DNA from: Trueperaceae bacterium
Lineage (GTDB): Bacteria; Deinococcota; Deinococci; Deinococcales; Trueperaceae
Length of the DNA stretch: 64,000 nt
Direction: 5' to 3'
NCBI GenBank assembly: GCA_965214405.1
Contig: OZ243956.1
Span: 3,104,001 to 3,168,000, forward strand
Made by a program: the position numbers and the translations under genes. How positions within the stretch are numbered: the stretch's first letter is position 1; the number at the start of each line of letters is the position of its first letter. The notes beneath the pieces are model-generated. The model made no database searches, was not told the origin of the DNA, and saw only the letters and a program-made list of their open reading frames with translations. Positions 27,226 through 37,486 of the stretch are shown here, in pieces.

Positions 27226-28428
27226 CTAACTCCTTGCCTGACGCCTCGAGGGCAAAAACCACACCGCAGGCACGCTTAAAAGCGCCGCCACTCCGCTCCA
27301 CAAAAACGCGCTACGAATGCCCACGCCGTCCGCCAGAAGTCCCAAGACCCAGATGCCCAACGCGCGCAGGAGGAAGGTCAGTGCCAAAAAGGTCCCGTTG
27401 GCGAGCGCGCGGTTGTCGGGAAACTCGTCCTGGACGATGGCGAGCAGCACGGGTGTGTGAGAGATGGCGGTGAGGCCCAGCGCGACGAGGAGCGGCAGCG
27501 CCAGCCAAGAAGGACTGTACAAAAAGGCGAAGAGCAGCAGGGGAGAGGCAACAAAAAGAAAGAGGAGCACGCCCCCACGCCCCCAACGGTCGCTCAGCGT
27601 CCCCGACAGGAGCGCGCCCGCTACCCCGGCCCCCTCGAGGATCGTGAGTGAAGCCGCGGCCAGCCACAAGTTTGCGTTAAGCGCGTTGCTCATAAAGAGC
27701 GGCAGGTAGGTGGTGAGGGCCACGACCATAAAGACTCTCGCCAGGATGAGCCAGGAGAGCACGGGAAAAACCGCGCGCGCTTTTGACCAGGGTAAAAGCG
27801 CCGCGCCCTCCCTGGGTTTCGCCGCCACGTCGCGTAAACGCAAGAAGAGCACGAACGACACTGCCCAGCCGACGAACGCGAGCCGCCACAACCCTTCCAG
27901 CCCAAACCACCCCACCGCCCCCACCACCGCCACCGGCCCCAGCGTGCGCCCGAGTTCGCCCGCGGCCATGAACACGCTCATGCCGGTGCCGACGCGCGAC
28001 CCCGCCATCCGCCCCACCATCGCGGGCGCGGGCGCGTGAAACGCGGCGACGCTGATCCCCGCTGCCAAGAGTAGCAGCGCGAGCGACAAGTAAGACGAGG
28101 CGAGGCCAATCGCGCTCATCAGCGTGGCCGTCACCGCGGGCGCGAGGATGACGAAGTAGCGCAGGCTCACCTTGTCGGCCAAGTAGCCAATCAAGGGATT
28201 GAGCAGGCTGGGCAGTTGGGGGAACACAGCCAGCCCGCCCGTGAGCGCGTAGTTGGTCGCCAGGCGCTCCTGAAGCAGGGGCAACAAGGGCGCAATAAAC
28301 GCGCTGTAGGTGTCGTGAACGAAGTGCCCGCCCGCGACGGTAACGACTTGGCCGGTTTGGAAGGGTTCGGCAGTGGGGACGGGCTCTTGGACGGGCGGGG
28401 GTAGGGGGGGCTCGAACGGCGCTTTCAT
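27226..28428 (-). CDS. MFS transporter (Fsr-like)
   Basis: GHFVHDTY..FIAPLLP, AAFHAPA, G.GMSVFMAAGELG and GTLSDRWGR motifs; about 12 TM segments. Confidence 0.85.
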   Translation of the reverse strand: MKAPFEPPLPPPVQEPVPTAEPFQTGQVVTVAGGHFVHDTYSAFIAPLLPLLQERLATNYALTGGLAVFPQLPSLLNPLIGYLADKVSLRYFVILAPAVTATLMSAIGLASSYLSLALLLLAAGISVAAFHAPAPAMVGRMAGSRVGTGMSVFMAAGELGRTLGPVAVVGAVGWFGLEGLWRLAFVGWAVSFVLFLRLRDVAAKPREGAALLPWSKARAVFPVLSWLILARVFMVVALTTYLPLFMSNALNANLWLAAASLTILEGAGVAGALLSGTLSDRWGRGGVLLFLFVASPLLLFAFLYSPSWLALPLLVALGLTAISHTPVLLAIVQDEFPDNRALANGTFLALTFLLRALGIWVLGLLADGVGIRSAFLWSGVAALLSVPAVWFLPSRRQARS

Positions 28429-28533
28429 GTGCCAGCTTACGTCCCAAAAGACCACCTTGCAACGCACCGCTATGCGACCTTACAAATATTAGATTTTGAT
28501 TCAGCACGTCTTGATAGGGGGTGTACTACGGGA

Positions 28534-28557
28534 AACAAGGGGTTGCAACCCCTTGTT
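28534..28557. repeat. REP-like perfect palindrome, copy 2
   Basis: AACAAGGGGTTGCAACCCCTTGTT. Confidence 0.8.
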
Positions 28558-28577
28558 AAGGTGCGTGACACTTTCTC

Positions 28578-29447
28578 CTAGCCCTTGACCCCCGTCAGCA
28601 CCACGCCTTCGATAATCTGCTTCTGAAAGATAAAGAAAACGAGCAGCACGGGCACAATCGCCAGCGCCGAGGCCGCCATAATGAGGTTCCAGGCGGTGCC
28701 CGCCTCGCCCGAAAAGAGCGCGATGCCCACGGGCACGGTGCGCATCTCGGCGGATTTGGAGACGATTAAGGGCCACAAAAACGCGTTCCAGTTGCCGATA
28801 AACGCGAAGATGCCCAGCGCTGCCAGCGCGGGCCGCACCAAGGGCAGGCCGATGGACCAAAAGAGCCCGAACTCGCTTAAGCCGTCCACTCGAGCCGCGT
28901 CGAACACGTCGCGGGGCAGCGTATCGAAAAATTGACGCATCAGAAACACACCAAAGGCGGGGATGAGGCCCGGAAAGGCGAGTCCCCAAAAGGTGTTGAC
29001 CCAGCCGTAGTCCGAGGCCATCACGAACCAGGGGATGACGAGCATTTCGGTGGGCACCATCAGGGTGGACAAGATAATGACAAAGATGATGTTCCGGCCC
29101 GGAAAGCGCATCCGGGTGAGCGTATAGCCCACCAGCGAGCAGAAAAAGAGCACCGACAAGGTCGAGCCGAGCGCGACCACCAAAGAGTTGAAAAACCAGC
29201 GCGGAAAGGAAGTGTCGAACAAGACCTCGCGGTAGTTGGCGAGCGTCCACACTTTGGGCAGGAAATGAAAGCCCAAAATTTCGCGGATGTCTTTGAACGA
29301 ACTTATTAGCATCCATAGAAAGGGAAAGGCCATCACGACGCTGCCGAGGGTAAGGAGCACGTAAGCGAGGATGGTGGTGCTCGAGACCTTGCGCCGCCTC
29401 CTGGCGGGAGCTGACGTGCGCTCTACAGGACGAGAAACGGCCATCAT
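28578..29447 (-). CDS. Carbohydrate ABC transporter permease (MalG-like)
   Basis: FLMRQFF.TLP.DVFDAARVDG EAA loop; WNAFLWPLI. Confidence 0.92.
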   Translation of the reverse strand: MMAVSRPVERTSAPARRRRKVSSTTILAYVLLTLGSVVMAFPFLWMLISSFKDIREILGFHFLPKVWTLANYREVLFDTSFPRWFFNSLVVALGSTLSVLFFCSLVGYTLTRMRFPGRNIIFVIILSTLMVPTEMLVIPWFVMASDYGWVNTFWGLAFPGLIPAFGVFLMRQFFDTLPRDVFDAARVDGLSEFGLFWSIGLPLVRPALAALGIFAFIGNWNAFLWPLIVSKSAEMRTVPVGIALFSGEAGTAWNLIMAASALAIVPVLLVFFIFQKQIIEGVVLTGVKG

Positions 29448-29525
29448 CCCTCCTTTTCAAAGGTTAATGCTGCGCGAGTAACGACCGGCCTGTAACGTAG
29501 ATGCACCCTCACCCCAATATCCACC

Positions 29526-30488
29526 CTAGTATTCCACCCTCCGGCTAAAAAACTTGAGCTGCACGAGCGTCACGATGAGGATGAGCGCGAACAGCAAGAC
29601 CGTCACCGCCGCGGCGTAGCCCAGCCGGAAGCGCGAGAAAGCCTCCTGGTACATGTAAAGTGCGACCGTCAGCGTGCTGTTTAAGGGGCCGCCCTGGTCG
29701 GTAAAGTTGATGTTAACGACCTGGTCGAAAAGCTGGAGCGAGGCGATGGTCGAAATCACCACCGAAAAAACGATGACGGGGTTTAAGAGGGGCAGCGTGA
29801 TGTGCCGGAACAAGCTCCAGCGGTTCGCGCCGTCGATGCGCGCGGCCTCGTAGAACATGCGCGGGACGCCCTGCAAGCCCGCCAAAAAGATGACCACCTG
29901 AAAGCCTAAGTTCTGCCACACCACCACCACCGCCACCGACACGAGCGCCTGACGCGGGCTCGTTAGAAAGGGCTGCGGGTCAATCGCCAGCCAGGGGAGG
30001 CCCCTGGCCTCCCAAAAGATGCTCCAATCAACCAGCAGGTTGTTAATCACGCCGAAATTGACCGAGTACATCCAGCCCCAGACCCAGGCCACCGCGGCGG
30101 CGGGGGTAACGTAGGGCGAAAAGTAGATGGCGCGAAAGAGCCCCTTGAATTTTTCGATAGAACTTAGCAGGAGGGCAATCCCAAGGCCCAGCGCGAGCCC
30201 CGCGGGCACGGTGATGAGCGTGTAGAGCAGCGTGTTGAGGAGCGCGCGGTGGAGTTTGGCGTCGCGCAGCATCGCGCTGTAGTAGCCGAGCCCCACGAAG
30301 TCGCGCTCGGCAGGGTTGACGTTCCAAGTAAAAAGCGACAGATAAAAGGATTGGAACGCGGGCCAGATGCGCAGGAACAGGAAAAAAGCGAGCGGGACGA
30401 GCAAGAAAATATAAGCCCAAAGCGCCTCTCTGGTAGCGAGGGTAAGTTTATAACCGCGTCGTTTGCGGGCCTCGAGCCGTGGCTGCAT
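29526..30488 (-). CDS. Carbohydrate ABC transporter permease (MalF-like)
   Basis: LAGLQGVP..FYEAARIDGA..W..FRHITLPLL. Confidence 0.92.
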   Translation of the reverse strand: MQPRLEARKRRGYKLTLATREALWAYIFLLVPLAFFLFLRIWPAFQSFYLSLFTWNVNPAERDFVGLGYYSAMLRDAKLHRALLNTLLYTLITVPAGLALGLGIALLLSSIEKFKGLFRAIYFSPYVTPAAAVAWVWGWMYSVNFGVINNLLVDWSIFWEARGLPWLAIDPQPFLTSPRQALVSVAVVVVWQNLGFQVVIFLAGLQGVPRMFYEAARIDGANRWSLFRHITLPLLNPVIVFSVVISTIASLQLFDQVVNINFTDQGGPLNSTLTVALYMYQEAFSRFRLGYAAAVTVLLFALILIVTLVQLKFFSRRVEY

Positions 30489-30606
30489 CTCATCCGCCTT
30501 ATGTGAAGTTAAATAGTTTGCTTTCTGCCCGACTTCAAGGGTTACAAGAGTTGCGAAATCAAGGGTGCGTCAGAAACATAGATGAAAACTAAAAATAAGG
30601 TGAGGG

Positions 30607-30635
30607 TGAAGGGCAGGCACTGCGCCTACCCTTCA
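30607..30635 (-). terminator. Hairpin downstream of the solute-binding protein gene (terminator or mRNA stabiliser)
   Basis: TGAAGGGCAGGC / GCCTACCCTTCA stem. Confidence 0.5.
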
Positions 30636-30642
30636 AATAGGT

Positions 30643-31914
30643 CTACTGGCTAAACTCGTTTAGAAGCGCCTGGTCTTCTTCCGCCGCCTGCTGCCATGAG
30701 GCCGCCGGGTCCATCCCCTCCTGGAGCACGCGGTTGATCGCGTCGGTGACGATCTGCCGTTGCGCCGACTCGTCCACGAACTCGGTCGCCTCGGCGTAGG
30801 CCAGAGAGGCGATGAAGGGGCCGTAAACGGGGTCGCTGACGAGTTCGGGGTCGTCAATCAGGCTCTGGCGGGCCGGGAGTTCGCCCACAACGTCGAGCCA
30901 CAGCCGCATCGCCTCGGGCCGGGTGATGAACTCTAAAAACTTGACCGAAGCCTCTAAGGTCGCCTCATCTTCCGTAGCGTTGGGCGTGAGGCCGTTCATC
31001 CAAAAGGAGCCGAAGTTGGCCCTCGTGCCGCCCGCCTCGAGCACGGGCAGCTCGGCCACGCCCCAGTTGAACTGCGCGGCCTCCTGCGTGGGGCCAATCG
31101 CAAAGGAGCCGTCGATAATCATGCCGATATTTTCCTGGATGCGGAAACCGTCGCGGTAGCCGTCGGCACCGGGGACGAAGTTGGGCACACCGATTTCGTC
31201 GTCGGTAATCCAGCTCATGTAGAACTCGAACGCCTCGGCGCCCGCCTCGTCGCCATATAGGACTTCGGTGTTGTCTTCGTTGTAGGGTTCGGTGCCAAAT
31301 TGTTCGGTCAAGACCTGACGGATGAGGTGGTGGTCTTGGCCCTCGGGCGCGATACCATAACCGATTTGGGAAAAGCGGGACCCGCGCTTTTCGGTGAGCG
31401 CCTGCGCGATTTCGGTAAACTCGGCCCAGGTCTCGGGCGGGCCGTCGAAACCCGCGGCCTCGAGCTTGTCCTGGTTGTAAAAGAGCGCCAGGCTACGCAC
31501 GGCGGTGGGCAGGCCGTAATACTCGCCGTTCCACTTCCCGGCCTGTACCATCGGCACGAAGTCGGCGTCAACCTGCGCGGCGTCGAAAGACTCCGCGGGC
31601 AGCGGCTCCAAGTAGCCCGCGCGCGCCCAGGTCGGCAGCCAGCCGTAAAAGAGCTGCACCACGTCCGGCCCCGTGCCCGCGGGCAGCGAGGCGGCGACCT
31701 GCTCCTGGTAGTTGTCGTACGGGAAGGTTTCTTGATTCACGGTGATGCCGGGGTTTTCCGCCTCGAACTGCTCGATAAGTTGGTTCATCGCGTCCACGCG
31801 GGCACCAAACTCATACTGCCAATAAGTGATTTCAACATCTTGAGCAAAGGCGAGGCCCAGCAGCAAGAGACCTCCGACAAAGAACTTCATGACGTGCTTC
31901 ACAGGGTATTTCAC
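30643..31914 (-). CDS. ABC extracellular solute-binding protein (family 1, sugar-type)
   Basis: Signal peptide; FEAENPGITV, GPDVV and G.YYGLP....LALFYN motifs; PETWAEF. Confidence 0.9.
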   Translation of the reverse strand: MKYPVKHVMKFFVGGLLLLGLAFAQDVEITYWQYEFGARVDAMNQLIEQFEAENPGITVNQETFPYDNYQEQVAASLPAGTGPDVVQLFYGWLPTWARAGYLEPLPAESFDAAQVDADFVPMVQAGKWNGEYYGLPTAVRSLALFYNQDKLEAAGFDGPPETWAEFTEIAQALTEKRGSRFSQIGYGIAPEGQDHHLIRQVLTEQFGTEPYNEDNTEVLYGDEAGAEAFEFYMSWITDDEIGVPNFVPGADGYRDGFRIQENIGMIIDGSFAIGPTQEAAQFNWGVAELPVLEAGGTRANFGSFWMNGLTPNATEDEATLEASVKFLEFITRPEAMRLWLDVVGELPARQSLIDDPELVSDPVYGPFIASLAYAEATEFVDESAQRQIVTDAINRVLQEGMDPAASWQQAAEEDQALLNEFSQ

Positions 31915-33356
31915 ACAGTCTCCTCTCTCGGCGCGCGCAAGCTCTCCCGCGCCTCTTCAAGCTTGTCTTTAAGCTTACCTAATCTATCAACCGTTTCTTC
32001 AAGCTCGTGTTCCGCGCGCGTCACGTGGGACTCTACCACCTCGGGCGCGGGGCCGCCGAAGCCGCTCCGGCGGCGCACAAAGGTGTGGGGGTCGAGCGCG
32101 TCGCGCAGCACGTCATCTTCTAAAAGGGGACCGCCGAGCGCGGTTAGGTCCGCCGCGGTGGCCTCTTGCAGAGTTCGCCCCTGTTGGCACAGATGCGTGA
32201 CCAGCGCACCCGCCAAGCGGTGCGCCTCCTGAAAGCTCACGCCGAAACGGCGAACGAGTTCGTCAGCGAGTTCGGTGGCGGTGGTGTCGGTGCAGCGGGC
32301 GCGGCGCTCGAGCTTGACTACATCAAACCTCCCCTCCTCGAGCGCCGCCGTAAGGAGCGCCAGCCCGCCGTCGAGCTGGATAAACAGGCTCACCAGCGCC
32401 CCCTGGATGTCGGGGCCGAAATCGTTCAGGTCGGCGTACGGGATGTTGTGGCTCGAGTAGAGCACCATCTGCGAACTCCCGAGCGCGCGCGAGAAGCGGG
32501 TGCGGGCGTGCTCGAGGGCGACCGGGTTGCGCTTTTGCGGCATGATGGACGAGCCCTGGACGAGTGAATCGGGAAGCATATAAAGCCCCTCCGAGGCCCA
32601 CGCCAGCAGGTCGCTCGTAAATCTTGAAAGCGTCAGCGCGACGCTCTGCACCCCGCCCACAAAGGCCACCTGCCAGTCCGACGAGGCCACCGCGTCGTAG
32701 GTGTTCGACACGGGCGCGTCGAAGCCGAGCAGCGTGGCAGTAAAGTGACGGTCAAGCGGGTGACTGCTCCCGGCCAACGCCGCCGCGCCCAGCGGGCAGG
32801 TGTTGAGGTGCGCGTACGTCTCAAAGAGCCGCGTCACGTCGCGCGACAGCACGTTGTCGATGGCCGCCAAGTAGTGCGCCACCGTCGTTGGCTGACCGGG
32901 CTGGTGGTGCGTTTGGGCGATGAGGAGCGTGTCAAAGTGCGCTCTAGCCTGTTCCAAGAGCGCCCCCCGCAAACGGCAGAGGTGTTCAACGAGCGTGAGC
33001 AAGAGTTCGCGCGTCCGCATTTTGTACACGGTCATGTCGAGGTCGTTGCGGCTCAAACCCAGCCGTAAGAAGCTTACCGCCTCCTCGCCTAGTTGGGTCT
33101 CGAGCCGCCTGTTAAACGCAAAATATAGGTCGGGAACCTCCGCGTCGTAAGCGGGCAGGGGCGCGTCTCGTAACTCCTGGAGGGCCGCCTCGAGCTTTTC
33201 TATCTCCTCCCCACGCGCCTGCGTCTCGTCCAGCCGCCCCACCGTCCGCACGTGCGCGGTCATCGCGTCCAAGAAGTGCTGCGAGAGGTGTTGCGCCGCG
33301 AAGCGGTAGTCGGGCATCAGCACGTGGTCGCGGTAGACGGCGTGAAAACGGGTCAC
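31911..33356 (-). CDS. Argininosuccinate-lyase-like C-N lyase (fumarase/aspartase superfamily)
   Basis: SRNDL, THHQPGQP, CPLGAAALAGS, GSSIMPQKRNP signature and F..AH motif; catabolic gene context rather than an arg operon. Confidence 0.85.
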   Translation of the reverse strand: MTRFHAVYRDHVLMPDYRFAAQHLSQHFLDAMTAHVRTVGRLDETQARGEEIEKLEAALQELRDAPLPAYDAEVPDLYFAFNRRLETQLGEEAVSFLRLGLSRNDLDMTVYKMRTRELLLTLVEHLCRLRGALLEQARAHFDTLLIAQTHHQPGQPTTVAHYLAAIDNVLSRDVTRLFETYAHLNTCPLGAAALAGSSHPLDRHFTATLLGFDAPVSNTYDAVASSDWQVAFVGGVQSVALTLSRFTSDLLAWASEGLYMLPDSLVQGSSIMPQKRNPVALEHARTRFSRALGSSQMVLYSSHNIPYADLNDFGPDIQGALVSLFIQLDGGLALLTAALEEGRFDVVKLERRARCTDTTATELADELVRRFGVSFQEAHRLAGALVTHLCQQGRTLQEATAADLTALGGPLLEDDVLRDALDPHTFVRRRSGFGGPAPEVVESHVTRAEHELEETVDRLGKLKDKLEEARESLRAPREETV

Positions 33357-34297
33357 GGCTCACTTCCCAATGACAGGTCCAAAAGCCGCGCCGCGTTGCC
33401 GCTGAAGATGTTTCTAACGTCCTCTTCCTTGAATGAAAGGTTGTAACACACCCGCAGTTGGTCTTGCAGATATCGGTATGAGAAGCCGCGCGGGAAGTAG
33501 CTCGAGTCCGTCCCGAAAATGATGCGCTCGGGACCCAAGGTCTCATAGGCCTTGCGGAAGAGGTCTTCCAGGGTTAGCGGATACGGCAGCCACCGCATCC
33601 ACTGGTTCGAGCCGGAGGTGTCCACGAATATATTGGGCAAACTCCAGGCGAGCGCCAGCACCTCGTCCCAGAAGTTCACGCCGAAGTGGGGGATGACAAA
33701 GGGGATTTCGGGGAAGTCTCGAGCGGTCTCGAACAGCGACAACGGATGGATGCGCGGATGACTCACCACGCCGCCCCCGCGCCCCAGCCAGCCGAAGTGA
33801 ATAAGGACCGGCAGACGGCGCTCTGCGCAGAACTCCCAGGTGCTCCGCAGGTCGGGGTGCTCAAACGGAACTTCGGTGAGGGGGCCGATGAGTTTGTAGC
33901 CCTTGAGCCCCTGTTCGTCCACCGCCCGCTTTAGCACCTCGCAGGCACCGGGCCGGAGCGGGTGGTGCGCGAAGCCGGTGAATTTGTCCGGGTGCTGCGC
34001 GACGAGGCTCGCCAGCCGTTCGTTGCCGCCGCCCGTCACGAAGTTCACCCGCCGGAGGCCGTAATGCTCGACCTCGCCCGCCCAGCGTTCTAGGGCCGCC
34101 TCGACCTCTTCCGGCGTTTTGGCAACCGGCTCGGGCGGCGCGGTGTCCCACTCGTTACGCATCCGCGCGGCGCGCGTTTCGGCGTAGGCGCTTAAGAGCG
34201 GGTGGCGGGGGGGTGGGGAAGGCTCGAGCCCCAGCGTATTTTCTATAGGAAAATGAGTGTGAAAATCGATGACGCTTAAGTGCGTGTAGTCGGGCAT
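33353..34297 (-). CDS. Amidohydrolase_2 family metallo-hydrolase
   Basis: IDFHTH, GYKL, PVLIHFG, IPHFG, DTSG and IIFGTDS motifs. Confidence 0.88.
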   Translation of the reverse strand: MPDYTHLSVIDFHTHFPIENTLGLEPSPPPRHPLLSAYAETRAARMRNEWDTAPPEPVAKTPEEVEAALERWAGEVEHYGLRRVNFVTGGGNERLASLVAQHPDKFTGFAHHPLRPGACEVLKRAVDEQGLKGYKLIGPLTEVPFEHPDLRSTWEFCAERRLPVLIHFGWLGRGGGVVSHPRIHPLSLFETARDFPEIPFVIPHFGVNFWDEVLALAWSLPNIFVDTSGSNQWMRWLPYPLTLEDLFRKAYETLGPERIIFGTDSSYFPRGFSYRYLQDQLRVCYNLSFKEEDVRNIFSGNAARLLDLSLGSEP

Positions 34298-34398
34298 GGG
34301 TCCATTCTAAGTGAAAGGTTTGCCTTGCGCGCAGGCGCGTTCTGAAGTTTGGGGGGTGGGGAGAGTGCTTTCACTCTCCCCGGTAGAGGTGGCTCGAG

Positions 34399-37137
34399 CT
34401 ACTCCCCGCCCACCACCAAATTCGTAAAGAGCCGGTACGCGCCGGGCACGCCCGCGGGCAGTTCGCGGAAGAAAGCCCAACCCGCGTAGGTCCAGCGGCC
34501 TTCGCCGTACTCGGTAGTGAGAAGGCCGCCTTCAAAGGGCTCCATGCCGGTGTCAAAGCTCGACAAGAGCGGCGTGTAGCGTTTGTCCCACTCGCCGAGC
34601 CAGTAGAGCCCGCGCTCTTGCACCCAGCCCTCGAAGTCCTCTTGCGTGATGTCGTTGGGGTAGTTTAGGAGGACGTTGTCGGGCTCGAGCATCGTTACGG
34701 GCGCGTCCTCCTCGGTCACGCGGTTCCAGCTCATCGCGGTGGGGTAGGGTCCGGGGCCGCCTTCCATCACCCCGTCCCATTCGTATTTGTTGTACTGCAC
34801 GACTAAGTTGCCGCCCTCCTCGACGTAGGCCATCAGGCGGTCATGGTTAGCCACCAAATCTCCGCGGGTGAGGTAGGCGCGGACGCCCAGCACGATGCTG
34901 TCGTAGACGCTCAAGTCGGCGTTGGCAATCTGCTCGGGGCTCAGCATCTCGACCTCGAAACCGAGCGCCGTGAGCGCGTCGGCCACGCTGTCGCCCTCGC
35001 CCATCACGTAGCCCACGCGGAAGTTCTCAGGGACAGTCACGTCGAGGACGTTCACGGTCGCTGTCGCGGGGCTGTAGAGGGGGCGGTATCCGGTGTGCGG
35101 GTAGGAGATGAGGGTGTAACCCTCGTTGTACTCGCTGCCGCTGGTATCTCCATCAAGCGTCGCGGTGGCTGAAATCTCGTGGCGGTCGGCGGTGACGCCT
35201 TCGGGCGGCGTGACCGAAAAGGTAAGGAGGGTGGTGCCTTCTTCGCGCTCGAGCGTAAACGGCTGCGTCTCCGGCTCTACCACCCAGCCTTCGGGCGCGT
35301 CCAAGCGGACCTCGCCGCTGCTCGCCTCGGGCGCGTCGTTCTTGATTGTGACCTGAACGTCTATGGCCGTACCCGCGCTCGCTTCGGCTTCGGGCAAGAT
35401 GAGTTCATTGGGCGTCACGCTGAGGCTCACTCGAGGCACGACGCTCAAGAGCCGGTGCCGCTCGCCGTAGTTGGGGTCAGCCCAGCGGTACTCGACGGGC
35501 AGGCGCACTTCGACTTCCGCTCCGTCGGCCATCACTGTTGCCACGCCGTAGAGCTGCGGCGGGCAGTAGGCTAAGGTCACGCAGTCTTCGCGCTCCACCA
35601 CCACGTGTCCCGTGTAGGCGTCGGGCAGCCGCCAGTAGGGCCGGGTGAGTTGCGCGTCTTGAGGCACGCTTACGTTATAAAGGGCGTCGGCCTCTTCATT
35701 GTAAGCAAGGTCGGCTGGCGCGGTTTTGGCTGGTTCTGCGCCCTCTTCAGTTTCCGGTTCCGCTTCTGTGACCGTCCAGTCGGCGGGGGCCTCGAGCGCC
35801 AGCTCCTCCACCGTCACCGCTTGCGCGCCTTGATTGAGCGCGTCTACCGTCACTTCAAACGTCTGCCCCGGCACCACCACGGCGTCGCTGCTGAGCACGC
35901 GAACGTTGAGACCCAGGGCGTCTCTCGCCGCCTCGTTGAAGTCTTCGCGCTTCGCGTCAAGGTCGAACAGCAGCTCCGCTTTCGCGTCGTCCGGCAACGC
36001 GTCCGCCTCTATCTTTTCGATAAGCGCGTCTGTTGCCGCCAGCCCCCTAAGCACCGGCCCCGCCACCTCTTCGGGCGCTCGAGGGTCAAAGGCCTCAACC
36101 GCCTCCGTCGCCGCGGTTTGGATGGCTTCTAAATCGGACGCCAAATAAGCGGGCGCGTCTTCGAGACCCTGGCCGATGCCTGTGATGGTGGTGTTGATAC
36201 TGTCGAAAAAGCTCGTTTCCTTAGTCCCCGCTTCTCCCCCTGTGATTCCTCCTGTACCTGTTGCGGACAGATGACTTTCTAACAATGTGAAGTAGTTCGT
36301 CGTCGGCCCCGGCTCCTGCACGTTGCCCATCCCCTGCGAGCGGTGGTACGAGCGGCCTTCCAGGCCGATTTGCTGATACGTCCGCCCGAGCACCGGGTCA
36401 TAGTCGCCCGCGTTGATCGCCAGGCTGTCAGGGTCAATTTCGCCCTCGCCACCGCCCACGCCCGCGCTCAAGTAAAGCTTGTCGGCCTGCCAGGGGCGCA
36501 AGCCCTCCTCTAATTGCTCGGGAAAAGCCTCCGGGTCGGCGGCCATGTCGAACGCCTTGACGGTCAAGTACCCCGCCGCCTGGTGGTGGCCGTGTCCTAC
36601 GCGCTCGTCGGCGTGGAAGGTGACGACGACCTGGGGCCGGAAGGTGCGAATCACCCGGACGATGTCGTTTAGGGCGCGCTCCTCGCCCCATTTCTCGAGG
36701 GTTTCCTCGAGCGTGCGGCTATACCCGAAGTCATAGGTGGTGGTAAAAAACTGCTCCGCCCCGTCTATCTCACGAGCCGCCAAGAGTTCGTCGGTGCGAA
36801 TCACGCCCAGGCCGTCAAAAAGCTCCGGCCCGATTTGGTTCTGCCCGCCCTCGCCGCGGTTGAGCGACAAGTAGGCCGTTTCGACGCCCTCGCCGCGCGC
36901 CAAATAAGCCACCACGCCAGAGGGCTCGTCGTCTGGGTGCGCGCCCACGAGTAAAAAGCGCGCGGTTGTGGGCAGTTTCGTGACCGCCTCGTAAAGCCCC
37001 GCGGCCCCCCGGTCGTAGGGGCTTTCGGGCTCGTCGGCCAGCGCGAGCGGGAGCGCGCCCAGCAGCAGCGCCACCAGCAGCGCGCGCCACGTTACATTGA
37101 CACCTCTCTTGACCGTTTTTCTTTCGATTACCTTCAT
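34399..37137 (-). CDS. Secreted PIG-L/LmbE-family deacetylase with NEW3-like Ig domains and C-terminal GATase-like domain
   Basis: GAHPDDE, RGEGGQN.IG, R..EL..AR..DG, DFGYS, GHGHHQ, HRSQG, GWVQERGLY and FFRELPAGVPGAYRLF motifs; SD GAGGAGG before MKVIERK. Confidence 0.88.
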   Translation of the reverse strand: MKVIERKTVKRGVNVTWRALLVALLLGALPLALADEPESPYDRGAAGLYEAVTKLPTTARFLLVGAHPDDEPSGVVAYLARGEGVETAYLSLNRGEGGQNQIGPELFDGLGVIRTDELLAAREIDGAEQFFTTTYDFGYSRTLEETLEKWGEERALNDIVRVIRTFRPQVVVTFHADERVGHGHHQAAGYLTVKAFDMAADPEAFPEQLEEGLRPWQADKLYLSAGVGGGEGEIDPDSLAINAGDYDPVLGRTYQQIGLEGRSYHRSQGMGNVQEPGPTTNYFTLLESHLSATGTGGITGGEAGTKETSFFDSINTTITGIGQGLEDAPAYLASDLEAIQTAATEAVEAFDPRAPEEVAGPVLRGLAATDALIEKIEADALPDDAKAELLFDLDAKREDFNEAARDALGLNVRVLSSDAVVVPGQTFEVTVDALNQGAQAVTVEELALEAPADWTVTEAEPETEEGAEPAKTAPADLAYNEEADALYNVSVPQDAQLTRPYWRLPDAYTGHVVVEREDCVTLAYCPPQLYGVATVMADGAEVEVRLPVEYRWADPNYGERHRLLSVVPRVSLSVTPNELILPEAEASAGTAIDVQVTIKNDAPEASSGEVRLDAPEGWVVEPETQPFTLEREEGTTLLTFSVTPPEGVTADRHEISATATLDGDTSGSEYNEGYTLISYPHTGYRPLYSPATATVNVLDVTVPENFRVGYVMGEGDSVADALTALGFEVEMLSPEQIANADLSVYDSIVLGVRAYLTRGDLVANHDRLMAYVEEGGNLVVQYNKYEWDGVMEGGPGPYPTAMSWNRVTEEDAPVTMLEPDNVLLNYPNDITQEDFEGWVQERGLYWLGEWDKRYTPLLSSFDTGMEPFEGGLLTTEYGEGRWTYAGWAFFRELPAGVPGAYRLFTNLVVGGE

Positions 37138-37457
37138 ACAGCCTCCTCTACCAAAAACGAGTGGGTTTAAGTGCGTGTGACCGCTCTTTCTCCTTATGAA
37201 TTGGGGTGAGCAGGATGAAAGTTGATGCCCCTTGTGAAAGAGGTTCATTGTAAGTGAGGAGGAGGTGCGCGTCAAGGTGCGGCACAGGGCCAGAAACTTT
37301 GCGCGACGCTGATTTTCTGTGCAAGCTCTTTACACCTCATCTCTTCGGTTCCCGGTCTTGAGCTCTTACGCCCCACGGCTCGAGCTTGAGGACGTTTTGG
37401 CACCCGGATCCACTCAAGCGGTTGAATCTGGAACTGCCGCCCCTACCGCGGTTCAGC

Positions 37458-37486
37458 TTGCAATGGCCGCGAGTTTTTGTTATATC
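37458..37486 (+). promoter_or_regulatory. Putative promoter of the Opp-type ABC operon
   Basis: TTGCAA, 17-nt spacer, TATATC with a TG extension. Confidence 0.4.
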
